Shown piece by piece: positions 17,080-32,710 of a stretch of 64,000 bases of DNA. Positions within the stretch are counted from its first letter, which is position 1. Every line of letters begins with the position of its first letter. Position numbers and translations under genes: made by a program. The notes under the pieces were generated by a model. That model ran no database searches. It had not been told where the DNA came from and saw only the letters and a list, made by a program, of their open reading frames with translations. This DNA comes from the human T2T-CHM13v2.0 reference genome, Homo sapiens, in assembly GCF_009914755.1 (NCBI RefSeq), contig NC_060926.1; one strand, given 5' to 3'.

Positions 17080-17554
17080 AAATAGATCAGTATACCAAAA
17101 AGACACATGTGCTTGTATGTACATTGCCACATTTCATACATAGTAAAGGCATGGGATCAACCTAGGGGCCCATCAATGGTGGGTTGGATAAAAAAAATAT
17201 ATATGGTAGAGATACATGATGGAATACTATGCAGCCATAAAAAAGAATGAGATCATGTCCTTTGCAGCAGCATAGATGGAGCTGGTGGCCATAATCTAAG
17301 CAAATTAATGCAAGAACAGAAAACCAAATACTGCATGTTCTCACTTACAAGTGGGAGCTAAACATTGAGCTCCCACAGACATAAACATGGGAGCAATAGA
17401 CACTGCAGGCTACTAAAGGGGGAGGGGAGGCGGTGGGGCATGGATTGAAAAACTACCCATTGGGTACTATGCTCCTATCTGGGTTCCATATACCCACGTA
17501 ACAAACCTGTACATGTACCCCCTCGTATCTAAAATAAAAGCTGAAATAAAAAAA
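17080..17554 (+). mobile_element. L1 3' fragment (L1PB/old L1PA-like) with TSD
   Basis: L1 3' UTR (ggaatactatgcagccataaaaaagaatgagatcatgtcctttgcag), aataaa plus A tail, atactccta repeated on both flanks. Confidence 0.88.
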
Positions 17555-18257
17555 ATACTCCTACATGAATACCTGCCTAGAGTGATTTTCATTTTACCAG
17601 AAGAATTATAGATAAAGTTTCTTCCTTTTTAAACTAAACTACTCCCTTGAAAATCTAGTGGTGTTGGATGTCAAACAATCATCTGCTGACCCAAAGGGGC
17701 TCCTGCCAGCTGCATGGGCACCATGAAGGACTCATGTGAGAAGGCCCGCCTTGATCCAGCATGGCGTATGTGACTGAGGGGGTAATTCCATCTATGTCTG
17801 GTTTTGTCTTAACCATCCCACTTTGCAAAAACACTTGATGCCACACTCTGCAACTTGGCCTCTAATCGATTATAATAAAGGTGACATTTAACCTCTCTCT
17901 GCCACTCTTTTGTATTATTTTTCCATTTGTTCAGAACTCAGGTTGGGAAGATGGTTGTTACTTATTGGGCCCCCACAGAGACCTCAAAAAGTTATCATAA
18001 TTTTTGGATAAATCAGTAGTCAAGGATTGTATTATAATTGTGTAAATAATTGTCACTGTTGAACCAAGTAGTATATTGTGATTATGTCTTGTTTCTAGTT
18101 TGATTTTTTTCTTGAAGTTAATGAATGCCATGTGTTTTGTTCTTAATTTATTTTTAGTTTTGTATGGACCTATACTATTTTTCCAACTACTATAATTGCT
18201 CTGTCTAAAATTTTTCAAGCAGTACACTAAGAGCACTAAGCCTAAAGGAAAAGCCAG

Positions 18258-18582
18258 GCAGGGTGTGGTGGCTCACACCTGTAATCACAGAACATTGGGA
18301 GGCTTAGGTGGGAGGATTGTTTGAGCCCAGCCTGGGCAACATAGTGAGTAGTGAGATCCCCATCTCTACAAAAAAATTCTAAAATTAGCTGGATGTGGTG
18401 GTGCATGACTATAGTCCCAGCTACTTGGAAGGCTGAAGCAGGAGGATAGCTTGAGCCAAGATGTTCAAGGCTGCAGGGAGCTATGATTATGTCACTGTAT
18501 TATGTCACTGTACTCCAGCCTGGGCAACAGAGAAAGGCCATGCCAAAAAAAAAAAAAAAAAAAGAAGAAGAAGAAAAGAAAA
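18258..18582 (+). mobile_element. AluJ-like element
   Basis: Diverged sense Alu with A/GAA tail. Confidence 0.88.
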
Positions 18583-20150
18583 GCCAACAAAACTAAAAAA
18601 CATTAATTTTAAGAACTTAAGATCATCAAATGATAAGATTAAGAGAGTAAAAAGGAAAACCACATAATGAGAGAAGACATATGTAATATATATATCCCAA
18701 GAAGGATTTTTGTCCAGAATATATAAAGAACCCCTACAGATCAATAAGAAAAAGAGACAATACAATCAGAAGGTGGGCAAAAGATTTTGACGGGCACCTC
18801 AAAAAAGAGCATTTCAAATGGCCCTTAAACATATGAAAAGATACTCCACTTCATGAGTCATCTGAGGAATCTAAATTAACATCACAATAAGATATTGCAC
18901 ACCTACCAGACTGGTTAAAATAAAGAATTGTCAAGGATGTGGAACAACTGGAATTTGTACGCACTGCTATTAAAAACATAAATCTGGGCCGGGCTCGGTG
19001 GCTCATGCCTGGTAATCCCAGCACTTTAGGAGGCTGAGGTGGGCAGATCACAAGGTCATGAGTTCAAGACCAGCCTGGCCAATATGGTGAAACCCCGTCT
19101 CTACTAAAAATACAAAAATTAGCTGGGCGTGGTGGCAGATGCTTGTAGTCTCAGCTACTCAGGAGGCTGAGGCAGGAGAATCGCTTGAACCCAGGAGGCC
19201 GAGATCGTGCCACTGCACTCCAGCACTTTGGGAGGCTGAGGCGGGTGGATCAGTTGAGGTCAGGAGTTCAAGACCAGCCTGGCCAACATGGCGAAACCCT
19301 GTCTCTACTAAAAATACAAAAAAAAAAAAAAAAAAAAGGAAAAAGAAAAATTAGCTGAGTGTGGTAGCTCGCACCTGTAGTCCCACCTACTCAGGCGGTT
19401 GAGGCAGGAGAATCGCTTGAACCCAGGAGACAGAGGTTTCAGTGAGCCGAGATCGTGCCACTGCACTCTAGCCTGGGCGACAGAGCGTGACTCTGTCTCA
19501 AAAATAATAATAATAATAAAATAAAAATAAATAAATAAAAACACAAACCTGTACAACCACTTTGAATAACTGTTAGTACTACCTATGAATGCTGAACCTA
19601 TATAACACATACTCTTTGAACTAGCAGTTCCACTCCTTGATATATACCCAGGCTTGATATATATCCAGCAGAAATGAGCGGATATATTCACAAAAAAACA
19701 TGTATGAGAATGTTCATAGCAGCACTATTAGTAATAGTCAAAAACAGGAAAGAATGTTCATTAACAGCGGAATGGATAAACAGCACCGTACTCATAAAAC
19801 AAAATACCACACAGCAAAGAGAAAAAACAAATTACTTGTAGCATCATGGGTGAATCTCATAAAACGTAATGTTGAATGAAAGAAACCAGGCACAAAAGAG
19901 CACAAAATATACAATTCAACTTATATAAAGCCCCAAACAAGGCAAAACTTACTGATGGAGATAGAAGTTAGTTTAGCAGTTACCTTTGCTGGGGGAAGTG
20001 GGGGCATCAGGGGATGTTCTGGGTTGCTGGTCAGATTTTATTTCTCAATCTGGGTTCTGATTACACATATTATTCACTTTGTGACAATTCTTTGAGCTCG
20101 GCACTTATGATCTGTGTATTTTTCTATATGTATTCTAAATTCTATACTAT
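18583..20150 (+). mobile_element. Old L1M (L1MC/ME-like) 3' region interrupted by fused Alus
   Basis: L1 ORF2-end/3'UTR motifs (ccagaatatataaagaacccctaca; gaatgttcatagcagcactatt; gaatctcataaaacgtaatgttgaatgaaagaaacc). Confidence 0.75.
18987..19540 (+). mobile_element. Two AluS elements fused without an intervening tail
   Basis: First Alu right arm runs via ccagc (19220-19224) straight into ccagcactttgggagg of a second Alu. Confidence 0.9.
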
Positions 20151-20394
20151 TTTATGCTGTAATCAGAAAAATTTAAATCACCAGATCATGCAGACATATT
20201 GAAAAAATATTGAAAACTTCTAGGAAATAAGACCCGTGTAGATAAGCTCCAAGTCCACGAATTCATCTTTATCTGTAGGATTTGGTCTCTGGAATGATAA
20301 ATATCAATTCTAATGTGTAGACTTCTCAGAGGTGGAAAGGCCTTTATGCAGCATCTTATCGAATCACCTGTTCATCCTCCTTTGAGGGTAAATA

Positions 20395-20850
20395 TCTAAA
20401 TGGAAATGCCCAGAATGCATATCAATTATTTTTTGTCTTCCTAGAATTCCTTCCTTGGAGGCTGCTGCTGGACATCCAATACGTGGTTTTGACAGGTTTG
20501 TCAATCACAAAACCCTGCTGTCTACTCCCAACACAGAGGTTGATGTTTGATCTTTGTTTGGCCAATAACACTTTTTTCCCCCAGGAATTTAAGTTTCGAG
20601 CTGGTTGCTGAAACCAGCTGAAACACTGACACAGAAGGTGATGAAGCTACATTATCTGACAGCAGTGCCATAGAAAGACAGTTACAAGTCCCTGCTGCTA
20701 CGATCCTTGAAGCTTCTTTGGGTCTGGCCTCTTGAGGCCAAATTATCCAACAAATCTTTTTATTCTCTGACCTGTCCTATATCCTTTCAATAGATTAATT
20801 TTTGCATCATAGCAAGGATCTATTCATATTGCGTTCCAGCAAATAATTAA
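20395..20850. mobile_element. Probable old MLT1-type LTR
   Basis: Degenerate MLT1-like motifs (ggccaataacac...ccaggaattt; agtccctgctgc). Confidence 0.4.
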
Positions 20851-21171
20851 TCCAGCATCAGACCGTCAACCTGGAAAGTTTGGAAACCCAGTGCTATTCG
20901 TTCATCCAAGAATTATTAGGTTGCAAAGAAGAGACTCATATTGGTCAAACTCATAGAAATTTGATGTATAAACCACAATATTTATGGATTACTTTATTCT
21001 AGGAGATATTCTTAGTGTTAGAACAAAAGCAATCACTTTGCAGAGGCCATTCATTTCACATTTAACATTAACTAATATTAACCAAGAACTGCCTGTTAGG
21101 TATTATGGTGAGCAAAGAAAAGCCAAACTTGGTGTTTTCAAATTGATTTTTATAACTTTAAAAATCATGTC

Positions 21172-21756
<585 letters not shown>

Positions 21757-22188
21757 TCATGTCTGGATATGTTATCCTTTCTAACTCTGCTCCTACAGTG
21801 CTACTTAACTCATTTTTCTAAATTACCATTCTGTTGGCTTCTGGTCTACAATCTTCACAGTGATGACCCCGTGCCATCTATATATTGTCCAAAATGCTTT
21901 CATTCTCTTAATGGCACCCTCCCTGTACCCAGACAAGGCTTTTAGAAAGCTCTTGTACTGCATTCTGGGGCCTTAGGGAGTTGCTGCAGGTGCTGCTTCC
22001 CACTTCTCTTTCGAAGCCTGCTCTGCCCCAGCCTCTAAGTCAGCCTGGTTACCTCATAACTAGTTCTGCCTCTCTGATTAGTTTATCTTGCTTCTAGCCA
22101 CGCCCCAGTTCGCTGTCTCTTGATCTCCCTCCACCCTACACTTTGCAATCCCATGTGTCAATCTTTTGTTACTTCTTTTCCTGCCTCA

Positions 22189-22570
<382 letters not shown>

Positions 22571-24032
22571 CCCTCCAAAATGCAGTGCACTTTCTTTACA
22601 CGAACATACCTCTCTACCTGGGACAAGTATGTACTCTCTCGCTAATAGAAAATAAAGCATTTCCAACCCTCTGCTGTTGTTTACATTGTTCTCTCTTCTA
22701 GGAGTGCCCCCTACTTCTTCCCTTCTTTTCTGAATCCTAACCATCTTTTAAGACCTGCTCTTGAAGCACCCCACAAATCCTCTCACAGATCCCTCAGTGC
22801 TCAAGGGATTATAATCTTATCTCCTAGTATAATTATCAGTCTGCAACTTCTTGAAGATAAGTTTTCTACCATCAGTCCTTAATGTCATAAAATTTTCTTT
22901 GAATATTTTCTGTGATTAAGTCTTGTCAGGAACCTGGCCTGTTAGATACATGATGAGAGTGGGTTGCAGATATTGGGGACAGTTGCAGGCTAGTGAAGGT
23001 AATTGGCATACGGATTAAGGAAGGGCAGGTCTCATACAGGTGCTGCCAGTTCACGAACTAGATTAGTCAAGGATGACAGATATCAAGGCAAGTGGCCAGT
23101 ATGAGGGATTGCTGAAGTTTGGAGGACAAAGTTGAAGGAACAGTGAGTAAGGCCTTGCTCTACTGGACAGAGAAGCATCAGGCTAAGAATTTGTGGGGAA
23201 GAGGTTGCTTCTGTAGCATGCGACATTGCTTTGCACACTCTCTCTTCCACTCAGCAAAGAGCCTTTTAAAAACAGCACTGTTGGTGTCTGAGCATCAATA
23301 TAAGCAATAGCCACGTGCAGTGCTGATAGTTAGTATGGACAGGTGCAGCCACACTGGTGGCTTAGGGTTGGTCTGTTGGTCAGCTTCTAAGTCATACCCG
23401 TTGTTAAAAATTTTTAATATCTCCCTTATATATATGTATAATGTCTCTATTTGTTTTGTTAAATTTCTATCAAGGGCACCAGCTACTCTGCTATTCACAT
23501 CAAGATTTACATGATAAATTTCATTTGGCATTGAAAACTCAGGATGATGAATAACTTTATGCTGTAGTGCACAGTTCCAATTCACATCAGCACTGAAGTC
23601 CCCAGAACTGTCAGTTTCTCTCTATGGCAGTGACTACTGAAAATTTGTCTGGGTTTCTTGGATTTCATCCAGTATATCGGCCAGAGAAGGCATCTGTTTT
23701 ATATGTCAATCTCCTTCTTGCCTTTTTTTTTCCCCTTCTTTAATTTGGACTTAAACTTTTGCTGAGTACATAAGTAAAGCACTGGAAGGTTCCCTCATCA
23801 TTTGTTCATTCATTTTTCCAACAGATATTACAGAGTTCCTACTATGTGCCAAGTACTGGATGACACATGGTAAGCAAAACCTGTTGTGGTCCTTGTCCTC
23901 ATGGAGTTTAGTGTCAAGTAGATAGTTAATGGCAGAACAAAATAAGCCAAGAAGTCATGGCACCACTTGTGGCTTTAATCTCATCCCCTAAACCTTGTTT
24001 GGTCAATTTTTTTCCTTTCTTTCAACTTCAAT

Positions 24033-24338
24033 ATTTTTCTTTCCTTTTTTTTTTTTTTTTTTGAGACAGAGTCTCATTCTGTCATCCAGGCTGAAGTGCA
24101 GTGGCAGGATCTTGGCTCACTACAGCCTCCACCTTCCAGGTTCAAGTGATCCTCCTGAGTAGCTGGGATTACAGGCACCCACCATCATGCCTGGTTAATC
24201 TTTGTACTTTTAGTAGAGATGAAGTTTCACCATGTTGGCCAGACTGGTCTTGAACTCCTGTCCTCTGACCTTAGATGATCCACCCACTTCAGCCTCCCAA
24301 AGTGCTGGGATTACAGGTGTGAGCCACCGTGCCTGGCC
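24033..24338 (-). mobile_element. Alu (AluS-like)
   Basis: Antisense Alu; tcaacttcaat on both flanks. Confidence 0.92.
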
Positions 24339-24429
24339 TCTCAACTTCAATCTTTTCTAATAAATGATCTTCTCCCTCTGCCCACCACCATGTTTATGTC
24401 TCCCTTTTCCTGAAATGATAATCTTCTTT

Positions 24430-25837
<1,408 letters not shown>

Positions 25838-27924
25838 TAAGTTATTGATTACCATCCTCTCTCCCCACCAACAGACCTCACAAGGGAGTCAGGCTTGACC
25901 CCTCACTGACCACTTACTTCTTGACCACTAGTAATCCTGCTCCTACTCCTACATCTCCAGGTGGCCAGGTGATTTTAGTGCTCTGTGCATTACCTGCATT
26001 TGGTTAACTGAGGGTTCTTCTTCATTTCTATGCTAACAGGGAGCAGCAGGCAAGCAAAACCCTTTAAGTCTGTGAAACTCTGTCTCTGAAAACCTTTCCC
26101 TAGACTCACTCCAGCAAAAATGCCTCTTGTAGGAAGCAACTAAGCATTTGACCTTGGATAAGTCACTTAAGTTCTCTGGGCCTCAATTGTTTGATCTGTA
26201 ACATGAGTACATTGTACCAAGAATTCTTTCCTGCCTTAGGAGTTTGTGGAGGTAGGAAACTCAGTCCAATTAGATGAGGAAAGCACCAAGAGAGTGTTGC
26301 CAGTGTCTCCTGACCCTAGGAACAATAGGAATGCAAGGAGATGGCAGTCTCTGATGGCTTGGGGAGAAAGAGTAGTTAGGGAAATGGGAGGCAAGCAGAG
26401 GTTAGGAAGTGTGGAAGAGAGGAGGGGTGAAATGAATTCTTTCTTAGAATCATAGCTATACACATGCATTGAATGAGAAGCTAGGTGCAGGTTCTGAGCT
26501 GGTGGACCCAGGATGTGCTGGCTCCATGAATGGAAGTACATACGTCTCCCCTCCCTAAATGAAGATGTGTAGTACAACCACTGACTATGGTGATTAGTTG
26601 AATACATTAATACATTAGAAGAGGAGTGTCTGGAGGGCAGGGAGCCTCTTTTCGGTCTTTACAGTTTTCAAGCCCACCGTAGGAAGTAGGCACTCAGTTT
26701 GTTAAATTGAACTGAAGAATATTCTTAGATTTTATGCAGCTTGGTAATGAAGAGAAATTCTGGGCATGAATCAGAGTGATTAATACATTGAATTATTTTA
26801 GCATTAATGTTTGTACTTTATACGTTCTACTTACATAAAAACCGTCCTCATTTATTTACTTGTTTATTTATGTATCTTTTTTTCCTGCAATGTAAACTTT
26901 TGAGGACAGAAATTTTCCACTGCACCCCCAACACTTAGAATAATGCTTGGCCCATACTGGGCTTTTAATAAATGTTTATTGAATGATTGCCCGAGTGAAT
27001 CTCTGATTCCTGTATTTGAAAGCTTGCAGCTTGCCAGCTTGCCTTTGGGATTGAGGAAGTAGAGCTGGGAATTTCCCCTTTCTGATTTCTCATGCCTTCC
27101 CTCTGCCTAAGTGGCAGAATTTGGATAGCCTCCGGAAGGTGAGACGGAAAGAGAAGTGTGTCCCCTCATCTCCTGCCAAGCTGAGAGAGTGGGCCTTTCT
27201 CACCACCTAGCCACCCAGGAGGTTCCACTACCACCTGCTTGAACCTGGTGCTGTCTGCAGCTTAGTGGTGTCATGGGAGTGTGGAGAAGGTTTGGACAGG
27301 GGATGGCCAGCCCTCCATGAGTTGTCTAAGGGCTCCCCAGAAAGGAAACGCTTGCCTGGGGACTTTTCAGAGGGCACTAGTGGGCACCCCCATGAGCTCT
27401 CACCCATGTATCAGCTGCCTTGCTAGATCCTGTTTCTCAGCACCAGCAGCGGGGAGGGCCATCTTCATGAGAAAGTTCACAGTCATCATTGGTCAGCAGA
27501 GATAGGAAGGAATGAATTGGTGTGTCAAAAGCTGTTTAGTTGCATCAGCACATGAAGTGCACAAGTGTGGGTTCTTTTGAAAGTCAAATCTAATAAAAAA
27601 TAAGGCTGTTGGCATTATGCTGGAGGCAGAGGCCCCACCCTCAGGGAGCTCAAAAGCTGGTGGAATCCACTATCTAATGAAGGTGGAAAGAACGTCATCT
27701 TAGCAACTATTTCCGTTGTTCTCAGACAGGCTGGCTGAGCAAGAAAAAGGATAACGTTTCTCTTCAGTGGCCTCTGCCTTCCTTTCTGTGATACTTACTT
27801 CCTCCAGTGTCCTTACCTTCCCCAAATGGGAAGAAAACCATCAGCTTGATTGAATCCATGAGAGGCATAAGGCACAAGCAATTTGCTCCTCCTTTTACAA
27901 GTATTTGAATTCTTGATAGTGATA

Positions 27925-29320
27925 GCTGATAGTGATATGAACAATAAGGTCCAGGCTGAGGTGGTATCAGATGGAGATGAGGAACTTGTTGGGAACTGGA
28001 GCAAAGGTGACTTCTGTTATATTTTAGCAAAGAGACTGGCAGCATTTTGCCCCTGCCCTAGAGATGTGTGGAAACTTGACTTGAGAGAGATGATTTACGG
28101 TATTTGGTGGAAGAAATTTCTGAGCAGCAAAGCATTCAAAAGGTGACTTGGGTGCTGTTAAAGGCATTCTGTTTTAAGAGGGAAACAGAACATAAAAATT
28201 CAGAAAGTTTGCAGCTTGACTGTTTGATAGAAAAGAAAAACCCATTTTCTGGGGAGAAATTCAAGCTGGCTGCAGAAATTTGCATAAGTAGCAAGGAACC
28301 TAATGTTAATCTCCAAGACCATGGGGAAAATGTCTCCAGGGCATGTCAGAGACCTTCATGGCAGCCCTTCCCATCACAGGCCTGGAGGCCCAGGAGGAAA
28401 ATGTGGTTTTGTGGGCTGGGCCCAGGGTGCCAGTGCTGTGTGCATCCTAGGGACTTGGTGCCTTGTGTCCTAGCCCTCCAGCCGTGGCTGAAAGGGGCCA
28501 ATGTACAGCTTGGGCTGTGGCTTCAGAGGGTAGAAGCCCCAAGACTTGGCAGCTTCCACATGGTGTTGAGCCTGTGGGTGCACAGAAGTAAAAAATCGAG
28601 GTTTGGGAACCTCTGCCTAGATTTCAGAAGATGTATGAAAACGCCTGGATGCCCAGGCAGAAGTTTGGTGCAGGGGTGGGGTCCTCATGGGGGAACCTCT
28701 GCTAGGGCAGGGTGGAAGGGAAATGTGGGGTCAGAGCCCGCACACAGAGTCCCTACTAGGCCACTGCCTAGTGGAGCTGTGAGAAGAGGGCTGCTGTCCT
28801 CCAGACCCCAGAATGGTAGATCCACCGACAGCTTGCACCATGCGCCTGGAAAAGATGCAGACACTCAATGCCAGCCCACGAAAGCATCCAGGAGGGAGGC
28901 TGTACCCTGCAAAGCCACAGGGGCGGAGCTGCCCAAGACCATGGGAACATACCTCTTGCATTAGCATGACCTGGATGTGAGACCTGCAGTCAAAGGAGAT
29001 CATTTTGGAGCTTTAAAATTTGACTGCCCTGTTGGATTTCAGACTTTCATGTGCCCTGTAACTCTTTTGTTTTGGCCAATTTCTCCCATTTGGAATGGCT
29101 GTATTTACCCAATACCTGTATCCTCATTGTACCTAGGAAGTAACTAGCTTGCTTTTGATTTTACAGGCTCATAGGCAGAAGGGACTTGTCTCAGATAAGA
29201 CTTTGGACTGTGGACTTTTGGGTTAGTGCTGAAATGAGTTAAGACTTTGGGGGACTGTTGGGAAGGCATGATTGGTTTTGAAATGTGAGGACATGAGATT
29301 TGGAGAGGTCAGGGGTGGAA
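27925..29320 (+). mobile_element. THE1 (MaLR) internal region, 5' part and 5' LTR missing
   Basis: gctgatagtgatatgaacaataaggtccaggctgaggtgg...; ends in polypurine tract ggagaggtcaggggtggaa directly before the LTR. Confidence 0.92.
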
Positions 29321-29731
29321 TGATATGGTTTGACTGTGTCCCCACCCAAATCTCAACTTGAACTGTATCTCCCAGAATTCACATGTGTTGTGGGAGGGAC
29401 CCAAGGGGAGGTAATTGAATCATGGGGGCTGGTCTTTCCTGTGCTATTCTTGTGATAGCAAATAAGTCTCATGAGATCTGATGGGTTTATTAGGGGTTTC
29501 CGCTTTTGCTTCCTACTCATTCTCTCTTGCTGCCGCCGTGTAAGAAGTGCCTTTCATCTTCCGCCATGATTGTTGGACCTGTGCCATATAAGAAGTGCCT
29601 TTTGTCTTCCATCATAATTGTTGAACCTTCCCCAGCCACGTGGAACTGTAAGTCCAATTAAACCTCTTTCTTTTGTAAATTGCCTTGTCTTGAGTATGCC
29701 TTTATTAGCAGAGTGAAAACGGACTAATACA
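29321..29731 (+). mobile_element. THE1A-like 3' LTR
   Basis: Begins tgatatggtttgactgtgtccccacccaaatctc, ends ggactaataca, attaaa poly(A) signal. Confidence 0.92.
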
Positions 29732-30751
29732 ATCAACTTTTCAATTTCATGTATGGGAAAGGAAAACAAAATACCAAAATGTTAACAGTAGTGGTTTTTG
29801 AGTTGTGAGCTACAGGTAATTTCTATTTTCATTTATTAACTTCTCTGTATGTTCTCAATTTTCTACAATAACCATAATTAGGGAGGAATGATTTGTTTAA
29901 AGGATTACCCTGAGATAGCAAATTATAAACCCAAAGGAATGAATCTTTGTTGTTGAAATTGTAGGCACTATGGTAAGCTTGGGGGTGGGGATATGTCTGG
30001 CATCTCTCAAAGCACACAACACAGGCCACTGCCAATCCAATCCTCCTACGTGTACAACTGGCTTTGGTATCCAGACTTCAAAACTGAGATGCAGCTGCTA
30101 TAGCAAGTCTGATTGAAGCCTACATATGTTAGGGAGGCATGCCTGTGTTTTACGCCATTAATACTCAGAAAATAGATCATCTTTTAATCTCAGGAGGGTG
30201 CGAGGAAAGCATTCATTGCAGTGTGCTTTTAATAGTGAAAGATTTAAAATAACCAAAATGTCCATCATAAAGAATATAATCTCAAAAATTTAGATCTAAA
30301 AAACAAAGAAATTTTATGGTACCTTAATCTTCTTAGTTAAGATTAATGTGCATGAATAATATACACCTTAGGAGAAACAAGACAGTTGTCGAAACTAAAA
30401 GATGTGAAGTGGTCATTCAGGCAAGGAAGACTAATACTTGCACATGTTCACACCTACCTTGCTATTGGGTCCAAGACCCAATAGGTGTGAACATGTTCAA
30501 ACATCTTTCTTGGAACTGAATATAACACTGGAGAATTCACCACCAAGCCTGAAGCAAGATAATATTGCTAAGTAGTTAGTTCTGAAAAGTGAATTAACTA
30601 ACATAGAATCTAAGAATATTCTAAAAAATAACTGCTGCATAATGTATGGAAATAAAGTTATAGTAACTAATCAACAAGATCTGCTGAAGAGATCAGAGAT
30701 CCTATTTTTTGATAATGGAACACTGACATAGTATTTTTTATTTGACTTTTA

Positions 30752-31159
<408 letters not shown>

Positions 31160-31819
31160 TCACATGGAGGCAAAAACCATTCAATTTGCTTAACTGTAGC
31201 TAACTTCACAAATATCATTTTTTAATTGTTAAAAAGAAATTTATAAGATGCTCCAAATGGAACTCTATGAATATGTAATACGTACTTCTACTTAATAACA
31301 CATGCTGGAAGATAGTAACCTTTAGCAGAGCCAAGATACAGTTTAAATACAGCAGAATTTTGATAGACTCAAAGTAAATCTTAGCTGTGTGTAAAGGGGT
31401 CAATGTCCAGCCTGGACTGCAAAGTAGACTGAGAATTGTGTTGTTCGGAAACAATAAAGTTAAGATAGGTATACAATGCTATGTCCAGAAACCCCCCACC
31501 CAAAGCACTGCACCTGGGTCGTAAATTGGGGCTGCTTCATTTTTACTGATATAATTGCCAACACCAAAGTTTGTGATGTCTATGGTTTTAGAGAACAATG
31601 TTTCTGAGTGAGTAGGAAAGCTGTAGTCACTTGAAGAAGGGGGTTATTATGATACTTTACAGCTGCAGCACGTCCTTAGGAGACATTGCATCCTGTTAAC
31701 TTTGCAGCTGACTTTATCTGTGCCTATTTTTCTAGCCTGATGAACAGTTGAGCTGATTTTTTACCTTCTCAGTGTGAGCTAATATTTACTTTCTCATGGG
31801 CAATCCTAAATGTCAAATA

Positions 31820-32030
31820 CTGTATTGAGTGCTTTACATACATTATTTCATTTAATCTTAGCAACAATCCTTTGAGGCAAGTGCTAGCATCCTATTTTAC
31901 AGATGGGGACACTGAGTCTTGGAGATGTTGAAGTGGTTTGGCCCAGGTTTCATACAGCTAGTAAGTGACAAACCCATTTCAAACCTGGGTCTCCCTAACT
32001 CTAAACCTAGTCTTCTTAACCTCTATCCTT
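31820..32030 (-). mobile_element. MIR
   Basis: Antisense MIR core catcctattttacagatggggacactgag...gcccaggtttcatacagctagtaagtg. Confidence 0.8.
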
Positions 32031-32439
32031 TAAGCAGATGTAGAAATTAAAGATTATTCAAAGTGAAATGGGTAAAATACAGAGCTGGTTATGGGCAAGT
32101 GGCAGGCTCATGCACTATGGCTAGGACCACAGATTGAAACAATTTTCTGGAGGCCAGTTTGGTAAATAATGTAGTAAAAAAATTAACATGTACCCTTTGA
32201 GCCAACAATTAATCTTCTAGAAATTTAAAGAAAATAATTTCTAAACTGCACGGAGGCATGCATTAGAATTACAGCATGATTTACAAAAATATACAAACAA
32301 AAATACAGACAATGTAAACATTTTTAGTAAGGAATTAAATGGCTAAACAGATACACAATGCAAGAGTATTTAACTATTAGGATGAAAATACATTGTACAG
32401 TAAAAGGCACCAGATTACTGATGAGCATTTATCATGTGA

Positions 32440-32710
32440 TTTTATTTTATTTATTTTATTTTTTTGAGATGGAGTCTCACTCTGTTGCCCAGGCTGGAGT
32501 GCAGTGAGGCGATCTTGGCTCACTGCAGCTTCTGCCTCCTGGGTTCAAATGATTCTCCTGCCTCAGCCTCCTGAGTAGCTGGGATTACAGGCACCCACCA
32601 CCACACTGAGTAGAGACAGAGTTTCACAATGTTGGCCAGGCTGGTCTTGAACTCCTGACCTCAGGTGATTCGCCTGTCTCGGCCTCCCAAAGTGCTGGGA
32701 TTACAGGCGT
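32440..32710 (-). mobile_element. Alu (AluS-like) lacking its central linker
   Basis: ccaccacactgagtagagaca junction; gtgattttatttt on both flanks. Confidence 0.9.

Noticed and set aside
28104-28964. 286-aa ORF
   Set aside because: Lies wholly in the THE1 internal region, starts at a non-ATG codon, and has no promoter or 5' LTR; best explained as a retroelement remnant.
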